DNA of 64,000 nucleotides. Source: Eubacteriales bacterium. GTDB lineage: Bacteria > Bacillota > Clostridia > Oscillospirales > CAG-382. A program made the position numbers and the translations under genes. Positions 10,403-19,395 of this stretch are shown in pieces. Position 1 is the first letter of the stretch. Each line of letters begins with the position of its first letter. The notes below the pieces were generated by a model. It searched no databases and had not been told where the DNA came from. It saw only the letters and a program-made list of their open reading frames with translations. Where the stretch lies: contig JBMNMA010000007.1 of the NCBI GenBank assembly GCA_050953105.1, forward strand, positions 198,923 to 262,922, in the 5' to 3' direction.

Positions 10403-12370
10403 ATGCGATACATAAGGATAATTTCGATATTACTGGGGATATTTTTGGTATTCCCTCTGTTTATCGTTCTTGCGCCCGCCGCAGGGACCGATTACAGGGA
10501 GCAGTTCATAAATACCATTGCCCCCTTGGCCGTTGAGGACATGAAAAACAATAACATACTTGCTTCCTTTACTATAGCCCAGGCAATACATGAAACCGGT
10601 TTTGGCACCTCCAACATAAGCAAAAAAACCAACAACCTTTTCGGCATGAAAGCCTATGAATCCACCTGGAAGGGAAAGATTTACTTAACTCAAAACGGCA
10701 CAATATACAACTCATTTGATGAAGCCAGGCAGATATTAGGCGCAGCAGCCGTTACAGCTTATAAAGAAAAATTTTTCAGGGTGTATAACTCATGGAAAGA
10801 AAGCGTTGACGACCATGGCTATTTGTTAGGCAACAGCAGCCGTTACAGTAAGCTGGTGGGCGTCCGTGACTACCGGCGATGCGCCGAGCTTGTGGTTGAG
10901 GCCGGCTACTGCAATGACGATGGCTATGCCGATATGATTGTTCACTACGTTGAAACCTACGAGCTTTATAAATACGACAATGTCGAACCCGACGACGGAA
11001 AAATATCCTCGGTTGATATAGGCGCAGACCGGATAAGCCTTGAAATAGGCAAGACCGCCACCCTTTACCCCACGATAAAAACCAACGGGACTGCCGAATA
11101 TACGTTAAAATTCGATACATCCAATTCAAGCGTCGCCACGGTCAGCCCGTCGGGGGTTATAACCGCACTTACTACCGGAAGGGCAGCCATAACAGTTTCC
11201 GCCGGTTCAAAAAGCGACACCGTTGTGGTATATGTCCATCAACCCGGCGTTAAACTGTATGAGGGAACAACCACCGGCAACGTCAACTGCCGCAAAGAAC
11301 CCTCCTCCGACGGCGGTGCGTCCACGGTATTAGACGCCTTTGACAAAAATCTTCCTATTATAATTTTCGGCTCGGCCACTCCGAGCGGCTGGTATCTTGT
11401 AAACGGACGGGGACAAAAGGGTCCTTACATAACGGGCTATACCCACAGCTCCTACATTTTGGTATCCGGTCCCTTTATTTCCGACACCCTGCCCGACAAA
11501 CCGGACCCCAACCCGTCGCAGCCTGAAGACTCCTCACAGCCAAACGAATCATCACAGGAATCTTCCGTTCCCCCCGTAAGCTCGGAAGAGCCTTCAGCTC
11601 CTCCCGTAAGCTCGGAAGAACCCGTTTCCTCCGAACCTGAGGAATCCTCCCAACCCGAGGAATCCTCCCAACCCGAGGAATCCTCCCAACCCGAGGAATC
11701 CTCAGAACCTGAGCCACCCCCCATACCCGACGACAAACAGCTAATCCCCACCTCCTATCAGATAGGATTAGTGTTGGACAGGCTTAATCAAAGAAAAGGC
11801 CCCGGCTCGTCCTACGCCCTTACGGGGACCTTTGCCAAGGGAACAAAGGTGCTGCTTATCGGCGCTCCCGAAAACGGCTGGTATAAGTGCATTGGTTATT
11901 CCGAAAGCGGTAAAATTATAGAAGGATACAGCGGCTCGGCATATATAAACGTTCTCGGCGGATTTTTAACCACCCGTGGCCTCCCCCTTTCAGAAAAGGA
12001 CGGGTATATTACGGGAATAACCTTGGGCAAAACCGTTTCTGACCTTAAAACCGCCCTTAAATATGCCTCGGTGGAGGTTTACTCCATGACCGGGCAAAAG
12101 CTTGGCGACGAAGCCAAGATTCCCAACGGCGCCACGTTGAAATTCGGCTGGTGCGGTAACGTGTATGCCACCAAAACCGTGTTTATATCCGGTGACATTA
12201 ACGGCGATGGCGTCTTGACCGCCTCCGACTATATATCCCTGAGGCTTCATCTGATTGGCGTTTCGCTGTTATCCGGCGCTTCCCTTAAAGCCGCCTGCGT
12301 TACCGGCTCGTCAAATCCCAGCGTGCTTGATTATATTACGCTGAGAATGCAGATATTAGGCGTCAAATAG
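10403..12370 (+). CDS. secreted multidomain peptidoglycan hydrolase: N-acetylglucosaminidase + Big_2 + SH3b + P/S/E-rich linker + SH3b + dockerin-like C-terminus
   Basis: It has a signal peptide. 'AQAIHETGFGTS...NNLFGMKA' is the glucosaminidase (LytD-like) signature. 'VATVSPSGVITALTTGRAAITV' looks like Big_2. There are two SH3b-like segments, and the C-terminus carries 'GDINGDGVLTASDYISLRLHLIG'. Confidence 0.8.
   Translation: MRYIRIISILLGIFLVFPLFIVLAPAAGTDYREQFINTIAPLAVEDMKNNNILASFTIAQAIHETGFGTSNISKKTNNLFGMKAYESTWKGKIYLTQNGTIYNSFDEARQILGAAAVTAYKEKFFRVYNSWKESVDDHGYLLGNSSRYSKLVGVRDYRRCAELVVEAGYCNDDGYADMIVHYVETYELYKYDNVEPDDGKISSVDIGADRISLEIGKTATLYPTIKTNGTAEYTLKFDTSNSSVATVSPSGVITALTTGRAAITVSAGSKSDTVVVYVHQPGVKLYEGTTTGNVNCRKEPSSDGGASTVLDAFDKNLPIIIFGSATPSGWYLVNGRGQKGPYITGYTHSSYILVSGPFISDTLPDKPDPNPSQPEDSSQPNESSQESSVPPVSSEEPSAPPVSSEEPVSSEPEESSQPEESSQPEESSQPEESSEPEPPPIPDDKQLIPTSYQIGLVLDRLNQRKGPGSSYALTGTFAKGTKVLLIGAPENGWYKCIGYSESGKIIEGYSGSAYINVLGGFLTTRGLPLSEKDGYITGITLGKTVSDLKTALKYASVEVYSMTGQKLGDEAKIPNGATLKFGWCGNVYATKTVFISGDINGDGVLTASDYISLRLHLIGVSLLSGASLKAACVTGSSNPSVLDYITLRMQILGVK
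11570..11713 (+). repeat. in-frame tandem DNA repeats inside the hydrolase linker: two copies of a ~30-bp unit, then 4.5 copies of an 18-bp unit
   Basis: 'cccgtaagctcggaaga' occurs at 11573 and 11603. The unit '(g/c)aacc(t/c)gaggaatcctc(c/a)' repeats from 11633 to 11713 and encodes PPVSSEEP x2 and (P)EESSQ(P) x4. Confidence 0.9.
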
Positions 12371-12387
12371 CTAAAGCATATAAAACA

Positions 12388-12419
12388 ACGGACAGGTAAA
12401 ACCTGTCCGTTTTATTTTA
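12388..12419. terminator. bidirectional rho-independent terminator between convergent genes
   Basis: Hairpin 'ACGGACAGG-taaaa-CCTGTCCGT' flanked by an A-run upstream and 'TTTTATTTT' downstream. Confidence 0.8.
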
Positions 12420-12998
12420 TAGTTCCTTGCGGTAAATTACACACCCGTAAAGCTTTTTATGTATAACAAACCCCAGCTTTTCATACATTGCCACCGGGCC
12501 GTGGTAGCCCTTGTTTTCGTCATGTTCAAATGGGTAGCCTTCCACCATGTCATATCCCTGGGCCTTGGCATCGATACACACCTGCTTGAGAAGGGAAGTG
12601 GCCACTCCCTTTCCCCTGCATTCGGGGGATATGCAAAAGCACACCACGCATTTTACCTTTTTGCCGTTTTCGGTTTCGTCCCTTGGCAGACGGAAGTTTA
12701 CGTTGTCATAGGCGTCCTTGTCGTTGGCGTTGCACCAGCCTGCAACCTTTCCGTCGGCAAAGGCAAGATATCCCTGCATTTTGCCCTTTTTAATAAAATC
12801 AATGGCACATTCCCGGTTAAAGGGCTTGTCGGCATAAGAACAGTTCCAGCTTTTTTTGTCTGCCAGCTCCTTTGTCCAGTGGTAGCACATGCAGTAGCAC
12901 CCCGACCATTCGTCGTCATTGCAAAATGCCACGTTATCGAAAAAATACAACCAGTCGTCAAGCAGATCAGGGGAAATTCTTTTAATTTCAATATTCAT
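12417..12998 (-). CDS. GNAT family N-acetyltransferase
   Basis: Acetyl-CoA binding motif 'CRGKGVATSLLKQV'. I placed the start at the second ATG (12998), which follows a GAGG ribosome-binding site (RBS). Confidence 0.7.
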   Translation of the reverse strand: MNIEIKRISPDLLDDWLYFFDNVAFCNDDEWSGCYCMCYHWTKELADKKSWNCSYADKPFNRECAIDFIKKGKMQGYLAFADGKVAGWCNANDKDAYDNVNFRLPRDETENGKKVKCVVCFCISPECRGKGVATSLLKQVCIDAKAQGYDMVEGYPFEHDENKGYHGPVAMYEKLGFVIHKKLYGCVIYRKEL

Positions 12999-13118
12999 AA
13001 GACTACCTCTGTAATGATATGTTGACATATTTTAACATAGGCGAATAATAATTTCAATAACGGAAAAGATTTTATTTATACAGAAGGCGCATTTATCCAA
13101 ACCGCTATAATGACGAAA

Positions 13119-13153
13119 CCCCCGGAAACGCTTTTATAAAAGCTTTTCGGGGG
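13119..13153 (-). terminator. long hairpin downstream of the tRNA pair (probable terminator with a weak U-tract)
   Basis: 'CCCCCGGAAA...TTTTCGGGGG' forms an extended stem. It lies 8 nt beyond the 3' end of tRNA-Gln on the minus strand. Confidence 0.5.
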
Positions 13154-13160
13154 TTTTCGC

Positions 13161-13234
13161 TGGCTGCGGAAGAAGGATTTGAACCCTCACAAACAGAGTC
13201 AGAGTCTGCCGTGCTGCCGTTACACAATTCCGCA
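13161..13234 (-). tRNA. tRNA-Gln (anticodon CUG)
   Basis: The reverse complement is 'TGCGGAATTGTGTAACGGCAGCACGGCAGACTCTGACTCTGTTTGTGAGGGTTCAAATCCTTCTTCCGCAGCCA'. I folded it by hand into a cloverleaf with a U1-A72 pair, anticodon loop CTCTGAC, T-loop TTCAAAT and an encoded CCA. Confidence 0.85.
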
Positions 13235-13289
13235 ACGAATTATTCCTTTAACTGTTTACATAAAATAGAACAGGGTAAAATATTAATGT

Positions 13290-13364
13290 TGGTGACCCGT
13301 AGGAGAATCGAACTCCTGCCTTCGCCGTGAGAGGGCGACGTCTTAACCTCTTGACTAACAGGCC
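13290..13364 (-). tRNA. tRNA-Glu (anticodon CUC)
   Basis: The reverse complement is 'GGCCTGTTAGTCAAGAGGTTAAGACGTCGCCCTCTCACGGCGAAGGCAGGAGTTCGATTCTCCTACGGGTCACCA'. It has a Glu-type D-arm, anticodon loop CTCTCAC, T-loop TTCGATT and an encoded CCA. Confidence 0.85.
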
Positions 13365-13380
13365 ATAAATCAGCCTGAAC

Positions 13381-13409
13381 ATATTAGCATATTGTTTTGA
13401 ATTTGTCAA
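13381..13409 (-). promoter_or_regulatory. sigma-A type promoter for the tRNA-Glu/tRNA-Gln unit
   Basis: On the minus strand it reads TTGACA, 17 nt, TAATAT, ending about 16 nt upstream of the tRNA-Glu 5' end. Confidence 0.65.
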
Positions 13410-13447
13410 GACCAATTTTCAATTTTCTATATTTTAACGGGGGAAAA

Positions 13448-14536
13448 ATGCTGCCAAAAGAACCGCACAAAAAAATACCCCTTATTATTTTATATACCGT
13501 CCTTGCCGTCGGCGGAGGGTATGTGTTTTTAAAATACCTTTTTCCGGTTTTCCTCCCTTTTATGATAGCCTGGGTTATCGCCCTGCTGCTTCAAGGGGTG
13601 ATAAACCGGCTTTACGAGAAGGCAAAAATCCCTAAAAAGCTGTCCGCCCTTGTGCTGGTGCTTATGGTGGCGGCTGTTTTGGGTTTTGTCTGCTTTCTTA
13701 TAATCAAACGCCTTACCGGGGAACTGACCGAATTTGCCAAAAACGCCGGTGAGTTTCTTGAAAAAGCCAAAAACGATGACAAGTTTGCGTCAAAGTGGAT
13801 TAAAAAAATATCGGACCTATTTCCGTTTAACATTGAAAACTGGCTGACAAACCTATGGAACAGCCTGAATCTTCGCCTTGAAAACGCCACTTCGTCATTT
13901 TTAAGCCTGACATCCCGCATTCTCCCCATCCTTCAGGACTTTATCTTCTTTGTTCCTGAGGCGTTTATGTATGTTTTTATAATGGTTCTCTCATCCTACT
14001 ATTTTGCGGTGGATTTTGATAAAATAAACCGCTTTATAGTTAAAATTCTGCCTGAAGGAGGGCGGAAATATGCATCCTATGCCAAAGGGGAAATGAAAGG
14101 CACCATAGGCAAGCTTTTAAGGGCGTATGCCCTGATTATTACCGTAACCTTTACCGAGCTTTTTATATTCCTTACCCTAATCGGGGTGAAATACTCCCTT
14201 GTTATTGCCTTTTTCATTGCTTTTATCGACATTCTGCCCGTTCTGGGAACCGGGACGGTGCTTGTCCCCTGGGGGCTTATACTTTTGCTTTTGGGGCAAA
14301 CGGGAAAAGGAATGGCCATTCTTGGCGCTTATGCCTTTATAACCATAGTGAGGGAGATTATCGAGCCAAAAATCATAGGTAAAAGCATGGGGATACACCC
14401 CCTTGCCGCACTGGCGGCCATGTACGGGGGATTAAAGCTGTTCGGCATAACCGGCATGTTCTTTTTGCCTTTTATAATTATGCTTGTTAAGAATATCTGG
14501 GTTAAATCAAGGGACATCGGCAAAGAAGGCAAGTAA
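13448..14536 (+). CDS. ytvI: AI-2E family transporter / sporulation integral membrane protein YtvI-like
   Basis: Polytopic membrane protein of about 360 aa with PerM/YtvI-like architecture. I placed the start at ATG 13448 ('MLPKEPHKK'). Confidence 0.7.
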   Translation: MLPKEPHKKIPLIILYTVLAVGGGYVFLKYLFPVFLPFMIAWVIALLLQGVINRLYEKAKIPKKLSALVLVLMVAAVLGFVCFLIIKRLTGELTEFAKNAGEFLEKAKNDDKFASKWIKKISDLFPFNIENWLTNLWNSLNLRLENATSSFLSLTSRILPILQDFIFFVPEAFMYVFIMVLSSYYFAVDFDKINRFIVKILPEGGRKYASYAKGEMKGTIGKLLRAYALIITVTFTELFIFLTLIGVKYSLVIAFFIAFIDILPVLGTGTVLVPWGLILLLLGQTGKGMAILGAYAFITIVREIIEPKIIGKSMGIHPLAALAAMYGGLKLFGITGMFFLPFIIMLVKNIWVKSRDIGKEGK

Positions 14537-14553
14537 AATATTTACAAAAAGCG

Positions 14554-14582
14554 TTGCATTTCAATTTTCCTTGTTGTATAAT
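14554..14582 (+). promoter_or_regulatory. sigma-A type promoter upstream of gpmI
   Basis: TTGCAT (14554-14559), 17 nt, TATAAT (14577-14582). Confidence 0.6.
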
Positions 14583-14672
14583 AATAACTTGTATAGTTAT
14601 GCTTATATTAAGTCGTTTCAGGGATTTTATTGAATAATATTTACCCGAACGCAGAAAGGAATTATAAAAATC

Positions 14673-16301
14673 ATGTGCAAACCGGTATTCGGAAATGAAA
14701 AAAGACCGATAGTGCTTATTATAATGGACGGAGTGGGGTATTCTGATACCATCGAAGGAAATGCTGTCAGACAGGCAGACACCCCCACCTTAAATATGCT
14801 TGAACAAAACTACCCCCGCTTTTTACTTAAAGCCCACGGTCAGGCGGTAGGCCTCCCCTCCGACGATGACATGGGTAACAGCGAAGTAGGGCATAACGCC
14901 CTCGGTGCCGGCCAGGTTTTCGCCCAGGGGGCAAAGCTGGTAAACCATGCAATAGAAAGCGGCAAAATGTTCGCATCTAAAACCTGGAACGACCTTGTGG
15001 AAAACTGCAAAGCCAACAATTCCACCCTTCATTTTTTAGGACTTTTCTCGGACGGCAACGTTCATTCCCATATAAATCACCTTAAGGCCATGATAACCGA
15101 GGCCAAAAACCGTAACGTAGGCAAAGTCAGAATCCATATCCTCCTTGACGGGCGTGACGTGGGGGAAACCTCGGCGTTGGAATATGTTTTACCCTTCGAG
15201 GACTTTTTGGCGTCCCTTAATGACGATAGCTTTGACGCAAAAATCGCCTCCGGCGGCGGACGCATGACAATCACCATGGACAGATACGAAGCAAACTGGT
15301 CTATGGTTGAAAAGGGCTGGAACACCCACGTTTTAGGCGAAGGCAGGCAGTTTGAATCTGCCCAAGAGGCTATTGAAACTTACCGCAACGAAACCGGAAA
15401 AATCGACCAGGACATCCCCCCCTTCGTAATTGCCAAGGACGGAAAACCGGTGGGAACCATAAACGACGGGGATTCGGTAATCTTCTTCAATTTCCGGGGA
15501 GACCGGGCTATTGAAATTTCCAAGGCCTTTGAAAACCGGGGCCATAAGTTTACAAAGAAAAAAGACGTTAACGTCATGTTCGCCGGAATGCTGGAATACG
15601 ACGGTGACGAGCACGTTCCCTATAAATATCTGGTTTCACCCCCCGAAATCACCAACACCATGGGTGAATTCCTTGCCAAAAAGGGATACCGTCAGCTTGC
15701 CATATCCGAAACCCAGAAATACGGCCATGTAACCTACTTCTGGAACGGCAACCGGACGGGCAAGTTTTCTGAAGAGCTGGAGGAATACATTGAAATTCCC
15801 TCCGACGTAGTTCCCTTTGAGCAGCGCCCCTGGATGAAGTGCGCAGAAATCACCGACGTGCTTATTGAAAAAATTAAATCGGGAAAATTCGACTTTTTAC
15901 GCTGCAATTTCCCCAACGGGGACATGGTGGGTCATACCGGCTCGTTTATCGCCACCAAGGTGAGTATGGAAGGCCTGGATTTATGCCTTGCCCGTATTTT
16001 AAAGGCTGTTGACGAAGTCAAGGGCATAGCCATAATCACCGCCGACCACGGCAACGCTGATGAAATGTATGAGCTGGACAAGAAAACCGGCAAGGTTAAA
16101 CACAACGCCGACGGCTCCATAGCTGCCAAAACCAGCCATACCTTAAATAAAGTTCCCTGCTATTTCTACGATAATTTCTACAAAGACAACTATACCCTTA
16201 TCCCCGGTGACTACGGTCTTGCCAATGTCGCCGCCACGGTGGTAACCCTTATGGGTGAAAAGCCTCTGGAGGCATGGGAAGAAAGTATGGTGAAACTATG
16301 A
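14673..16301 (+). CDS. gpmI: 2,3-bisphosphoglycerate-independent phosphoglycerate mutase
   Basis: 542 aa with 'IIMDGVGYS' and the catalytic-Ser motif 'MGNSEVGHNALGAG', plus 'ADHGNADEM' near the C-terminus. Confidence 0.9.
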   Translation: MCKPVFGNEKRPIVLIIMDGVGYSDTIEGNAVRQADTPTLNMLEQNYPRFLLKAHGQAVGLPSDDDMGNSEVGHNALGAGQVFAQGAKLVNHAIESGKMFASKTWNDLVENCKANNSTLHFLGLFSDGNVHSHINHLKAMITEAKNRNVGKVRIHILLDGRDVGETSALEYVLPFEDFLASLNDDSFDAKIASGGGRMTITMDRYEANWSMVEKGWNTHVLGEGRQFESAQEAIETYRNETGKIDQDIPPFVIAKDGKPVGTINDGDSVIFFNFRGDRAIEISKAFENRGHKFTKKKDVNVMFAGMLEYDGDEHVPYKYLVSPPEITNTMGEFLAKKGYRQLAISETQKYGHVTYFWNGNRTGKFSEELEEYIEIPSDVVPFEQRPWMKCAEITDVLIEKIKSGKFDFLRCNFPNGDMVGHTGSFIATKVSMEGLDLCLARILKAVDEVKGIAIITADHGNADEMYELDKKTGKVKHNADGSIAAKTSHTLNKVPCYFYDNFYKDNYTLIPGDYGLANVAATVVTLMGEKPLEAWEESMVKL

Positions 16302-16993
16302 TAATAAACGCCTTGCGGCAGGGCGAAATAGCTACCGCATTGTATATTCTCGTATCAGTGCTTCTTGCCCTTACCGTCCACGAATTTGCACACGGCTATG
16401 TGGCCTATAAGTGCGGCGACAACACCGCCCGCTACTTCGGCAGGCTTACCTTCAATCCGGTAAAGCATATTGACCTTTTCGGCTTTTTGGCATTGCTGAT
16501 AGCCGGGTTCGGGTGGGCAAAGCCCGTTCCCGTAATAACACGCAATTTAAAAAAGCCAAGAAGAGATATAGCCCTGGTTTCCCTTGCAGGTCCCGGATCA
16601 AATTTTATTCTTGCTTTTATAGGCACGTTTTTATACAGCGTCATGTTCACATTGCTGGGTTACCAGACAGTAGGCAGCTTTTTATTCAATGTGTTTTATA
16701 ACTTAGGATTATTTTTCTTCTATTTTGCAGTAATAAATGTAGGTCTTTGTCTTTTCAATCTTATTCCCATCCCTCCTCTTGACGGATCAAAGATACTGGC
16801 TTCAATATTACCGCAAAAATTAGGTATGCGCTATCTTCAGCTTGAAAGGTATGCCGGGATATTCATTCTCGCCATCTTTGTCCTTTCAAGCTTCAGCGAA
16901 TTTGACTTTTTGTTTTATCCCCTTGCATTTTTAAGGGATAGTATTTTAAACGGTTTTGAAAAGCTGTTTGGTTTGCTTCCGTTTATAAATTGA
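16298..16993 (+). CDS. site-2 protease family (M50) membrane metalloprotease
   Basis: HExxH motif 'HEFAHGYVA' in a transmembrane (TM) segment and several further TM segments. Start ATG 16298 overlaps the gpmI stop (ATGA). Confidence 0.8.
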   Translation: MIINALRQGEIATALYILVSVLLALTVHEFAHGYVAYKCGDNTARYFGRLTFNPVKHIDLFGFLALLIAGFGWAKPVPVITRNLKKPRRDIALVSLAGPGSNFILAFIGTFLYSVMFTLLGYQTVGSFLFNVFYNLGLFFFYFAVINVGLCLFNLIPIPPLDGSKILASILPQKLGMRYLQLERYAGIFILAIFVLSSFSEFDFLFYPLAFLRDSILNGFEKLFGLLPFIN

Positions 16994-17005
16994 TGACGGG
17001 TAAAT

Positions 17006-17722
17006 ATGGAAGGGTTGAATTTAAAGCTTGAGCAATACGAAGGCCCTCTTGACCTTCTGCTGTCATTAATTCATAAGCATAAAATCGATATTTTCGATAT
17101 TCCCATTTCAGTCCTTGCCGACCAGTATCTTGCCTATATTGCCGAAATGGAATCCTACAACATGGAGCTTTCTGCGGATTTTATCCTTATGGCAAGCGAA
17201 CTGGCGTATATAAAGTCGAAAATGCTTCTGCCCGCTCCGCCGGAGGAGGAAGACCCCAGAAAACCTCTTGTGGACGCACTCCTTGAATATCAGCGGGCAA
17301 AGCTTGCGGCATCCTTTTTAAAGGAGCAGTCGGAGGAATACTTTGACCGCTTTACCAAGGACCCGGATGAAATTGAGTTTACATACGAAAAGTATCATCC
17401 GGTGGAGCTTTTGGTGGAGGCTTTCCGCAACATGACACGGCGGATTGCCGAAACTCCCGAAAAAAAGGTGGAGCTGTTTGAAAGGCTTAGAACTCAAAGG
17501 AATTTCACCGTAGAGGAAAAAATATTTTATATAATAAGGTTTTTGTTTGACGAAAACAAACATACCTTTTCCTCCCTGTTTGAAAAATGCAGTTCAACCG
17601 GGGAAATCGTGGCGGTGTTTCTGGCATTGTTGCAGCTTGTCCATGCCGGAAGGATTAACGTCCTGCGGGAGGACGAGGATATATATCTTATTCTTATTAA
17701 AAACAAGGAGGCTGTCCGTTGA
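17006..17722 (+). CDS. scpA: segregation and condensation protein A
   Basis: 'YEGPLDLLLSLIHKHKIDIFDIPIS' is the kleisin N-terminus. It pairs with scpB downstream. Confidence 0.9.
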   Translation: MEGLNLKLEQYEGPLDLLLSLIHKHKIDIFDIPISVLADQYLAYIAEMESYNMELSADFILMASELAYIKSKMLLPAPPEEEDPRKPLVDALLEYQRAKLAASFLKEQSEEYFDRFTKDPDEIEFTYEKYHPVELLVEAFRNMTRRIAETPEKKVELFERLRTQRNFTVEEKIFYIIRFLFDENKHTFSSLFEKCSSTGEIVAVFLALLQLVHAGRINVLREDEDIYLILIKNKEAVR

Positions 17723-18276
17723 ATTTATCAAATCTTGACGGAGCCATAGAGGCGGTTTTGTTTGCGTCGGGTTCCCCCGTGTCCGCCGAAAAGCTTTGCG
17801 AAATATTCTACACGGATATGGCCGAAATTGAGGATAGTATAAAACGCATATCCGAAAGATTAAAAGATAGCGACCGAGGCATAGAATTAATATTCGTAGA
17901 CGGGGCATACCAGCTTTGCACCAAGGCGGCTTTTGCCGAATACGTCAAAAAGGCCCTTGAGCTTAGGAAAACTCCCCCCCTGTCAAAGGCATCCCTGGAG
18001 GTGCTGGCAATAGTCAGCTACAACCAGCCGGTAACCAAATCCTTTATCGAAACGGTAAGAGGCGTTGACTCCGACGCCGTGGTAAACTCCCTTTGCGACA
18101 AGGGACTTATAAGGGAATGCGGCGTTCTTGACGCTCCCGGCCGGCCCACCCTTTTTTGCACCACCGAAAACTTTTTACGCTGCTTCGGCCTTGAATCCTT
18201 AAGCCAGCTTCCCAAATTAGACCTTGAAAACATGACAGATGAGGCTAAAGAGGAGCAGCTTGCGTTGCAGGATTAA
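17719..18276 (+). CDS. scpB: segregation and condensation protein B
   Basis: 'IEAVLFASGSPVSAEKL' and 'LEVLAIVSYNQPVTKSFIETVRGV'. Confidence 0.9.
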   Translation: MNLSNLDGAIEAVLFASGSPVSAEKLCEIFYTDMAEIEDSIKRISERLKDSDRGIELIFVDGAYQLCTKAAFAEYVKKALELRKTPPLSKASLEVLAIVSYNQPVTKSFIETVRGVDSDAVVNSLCDKGLIRECGVLDAPGRPTLFCTTENFLRCFGLESLSQLPKLDLENMTDEAKEEQLALQD

Positions 18277-18294
18277 AATTTAACGGGGGAAAAT

Positions 18295-18894
18295 ATGACG
18301 GCTTTGTATATAATTTTAGGTATTCTGCTTTTATTTGCAGCATTACTGCTTGTCAAAATATCCTTTCGTATATGCTACTGCGGACAGCTTTTAATTTCGT
18401 TTAAAGTAGGCTTTATAAAAAAGGACTTCAGCCTGCTTGAAAAAAAGGAAGTTAAAATTAAAGAAGAACCCGAAATCCCCCAAAGGGTAAAAAAGGCAAA
18501 AAAAGAAGAAGAAAAGGTTCCCCTTAAACAAATTATCCCCATAATAAAAGAAACGCTGACATTACTTTTCGAAAAAACCAAACGGCATATTTTCCTTGAA
18601 AAATATATCCTTAAAATCACCGTCGCCACCGAGGACCCGGCCCAGACCGGAATAATCTACGGCATTGTTGCCGGCGGAGCGGCGTCACTGCTTAGGATGG
18701 TGGAGGGGATAAGGAATAAAAGTAAAAAACAAGGCCAAATATATACCGAGGTAAAGCCTGACTTTATTGCCGAAAAACCCGACATTTACATCGACATAAT
18801 ATTATCAACCCGCGTGTGGCGGGGCCTTTCCATGGCTTTAACCCTGTCGGAAGGCTATACAAAATATAAAAAGCTCAAAACGAAAGGAGCCTGA
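18295..18894 (+). CDS. YtfI-like (DUF2953-type) sporulation membrane protein
   Basis: N-terminal TM segment and a Lys/Glu-rich linker. It lies directly upstream of the ytfJ homologue, as in B. subtilis ytfI-ytfJ. The family assignment is from memory. Confidence 0.5.
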   Translation: MTALYIILGILLLFAALLLVKISFRICYCGQLLISFKVGFIKKDFSLLEKKEVKIKEEPEIPQRVKKAKKEEEKVPLKQIIPIIKETLTLLFEKTKRHIFLEKYILKITVATEDPAQTGIIYGIVAGGAASLLRMVEGIRNKSKKQGQIYTEVKPDFIAEKPDIYIDIILSTRVWRGLSMALTLSEGYTKYKKLKTKGA

Positions 18895-18896
18895 GT

Positions 18897-19349
18897 ATGA
18901 ACGACATACCCCTTAAACAAATTATAGACGCATCTTTGTCCCAGATTGGCAGCGTGGCTGACGTTAATACGGTGATAGGCGACCCCGTAACCACCCCTGA
19001 CGGCGTAACCATTATTCCTTTTTCTAAGGTTTCGGTTGGCTATGCCTCCGGCGGAGCCGATTTTGACTCAAAAAAACCCGACAATCCCCCCCATTTTGCC
19101 GGCGGTAACGGAGCGGGCATTTCGGTAACTCCGCTTGGATTTATAGTTATTGACAAGGACGGCGTCCGTATGCTTGACCTTAAGCACGACGCATCCTTTG
19201 CCCCTGCTCCTGCAGATCCGGTTAACAAAGCCATTGATGCGGTCAACGGCATTGTCGACAAGGCCCCCGGACTTATTCTTAAAATTAAAGAGATCCTTAC
19301 CAAAAAGGACAAAAAGGAAAACACCACCGACGGGGAAAATAACGCTTAA
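18897..19349 (+). CDS. ytfJ: GerW/YtfJ family sporulation protein
   Basis: 150 aa; 'GDPVTTPDGVTIIPFSKVSVGYASGGADF...GAGISVTPLGFIVI' is typical of YtfJ. Confidence 0.75.
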   Translation: MNDIPLKQIIDASLSQIGSVADVNTVIGDPVTTPDGVTIIPFSKVSVGYASGGADFDSKKPDNPPHFAGGNGAGISVTPLGFIVIDKDGVRMLDLKHDASFAPAPADPVNKAIDAVNGIVDKAPGLILKIKEILTKKDKKENTTDGENNA

Positions 19350-19395
19350 ATTTATATAGAATAAATCATTTTTAACCCCAATATTATATATTGGG

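Noticed and set aside
11633-11713. Short regularly spaced repeats that could suggest a CRISPR array
   Set aside because: The units are contiguous 18-bp tandem copies with no spacers, in frame inside a CDS. It is a coding VNTR, not CRISPR. No CRISPR-like array was seen anywhere in the window.
12459-13025. 188-aa plus-strand ORF
   Set aside because: It is antisense to the GNAT gene, which carries the acetyl-CoA binding motif and a good RBS.
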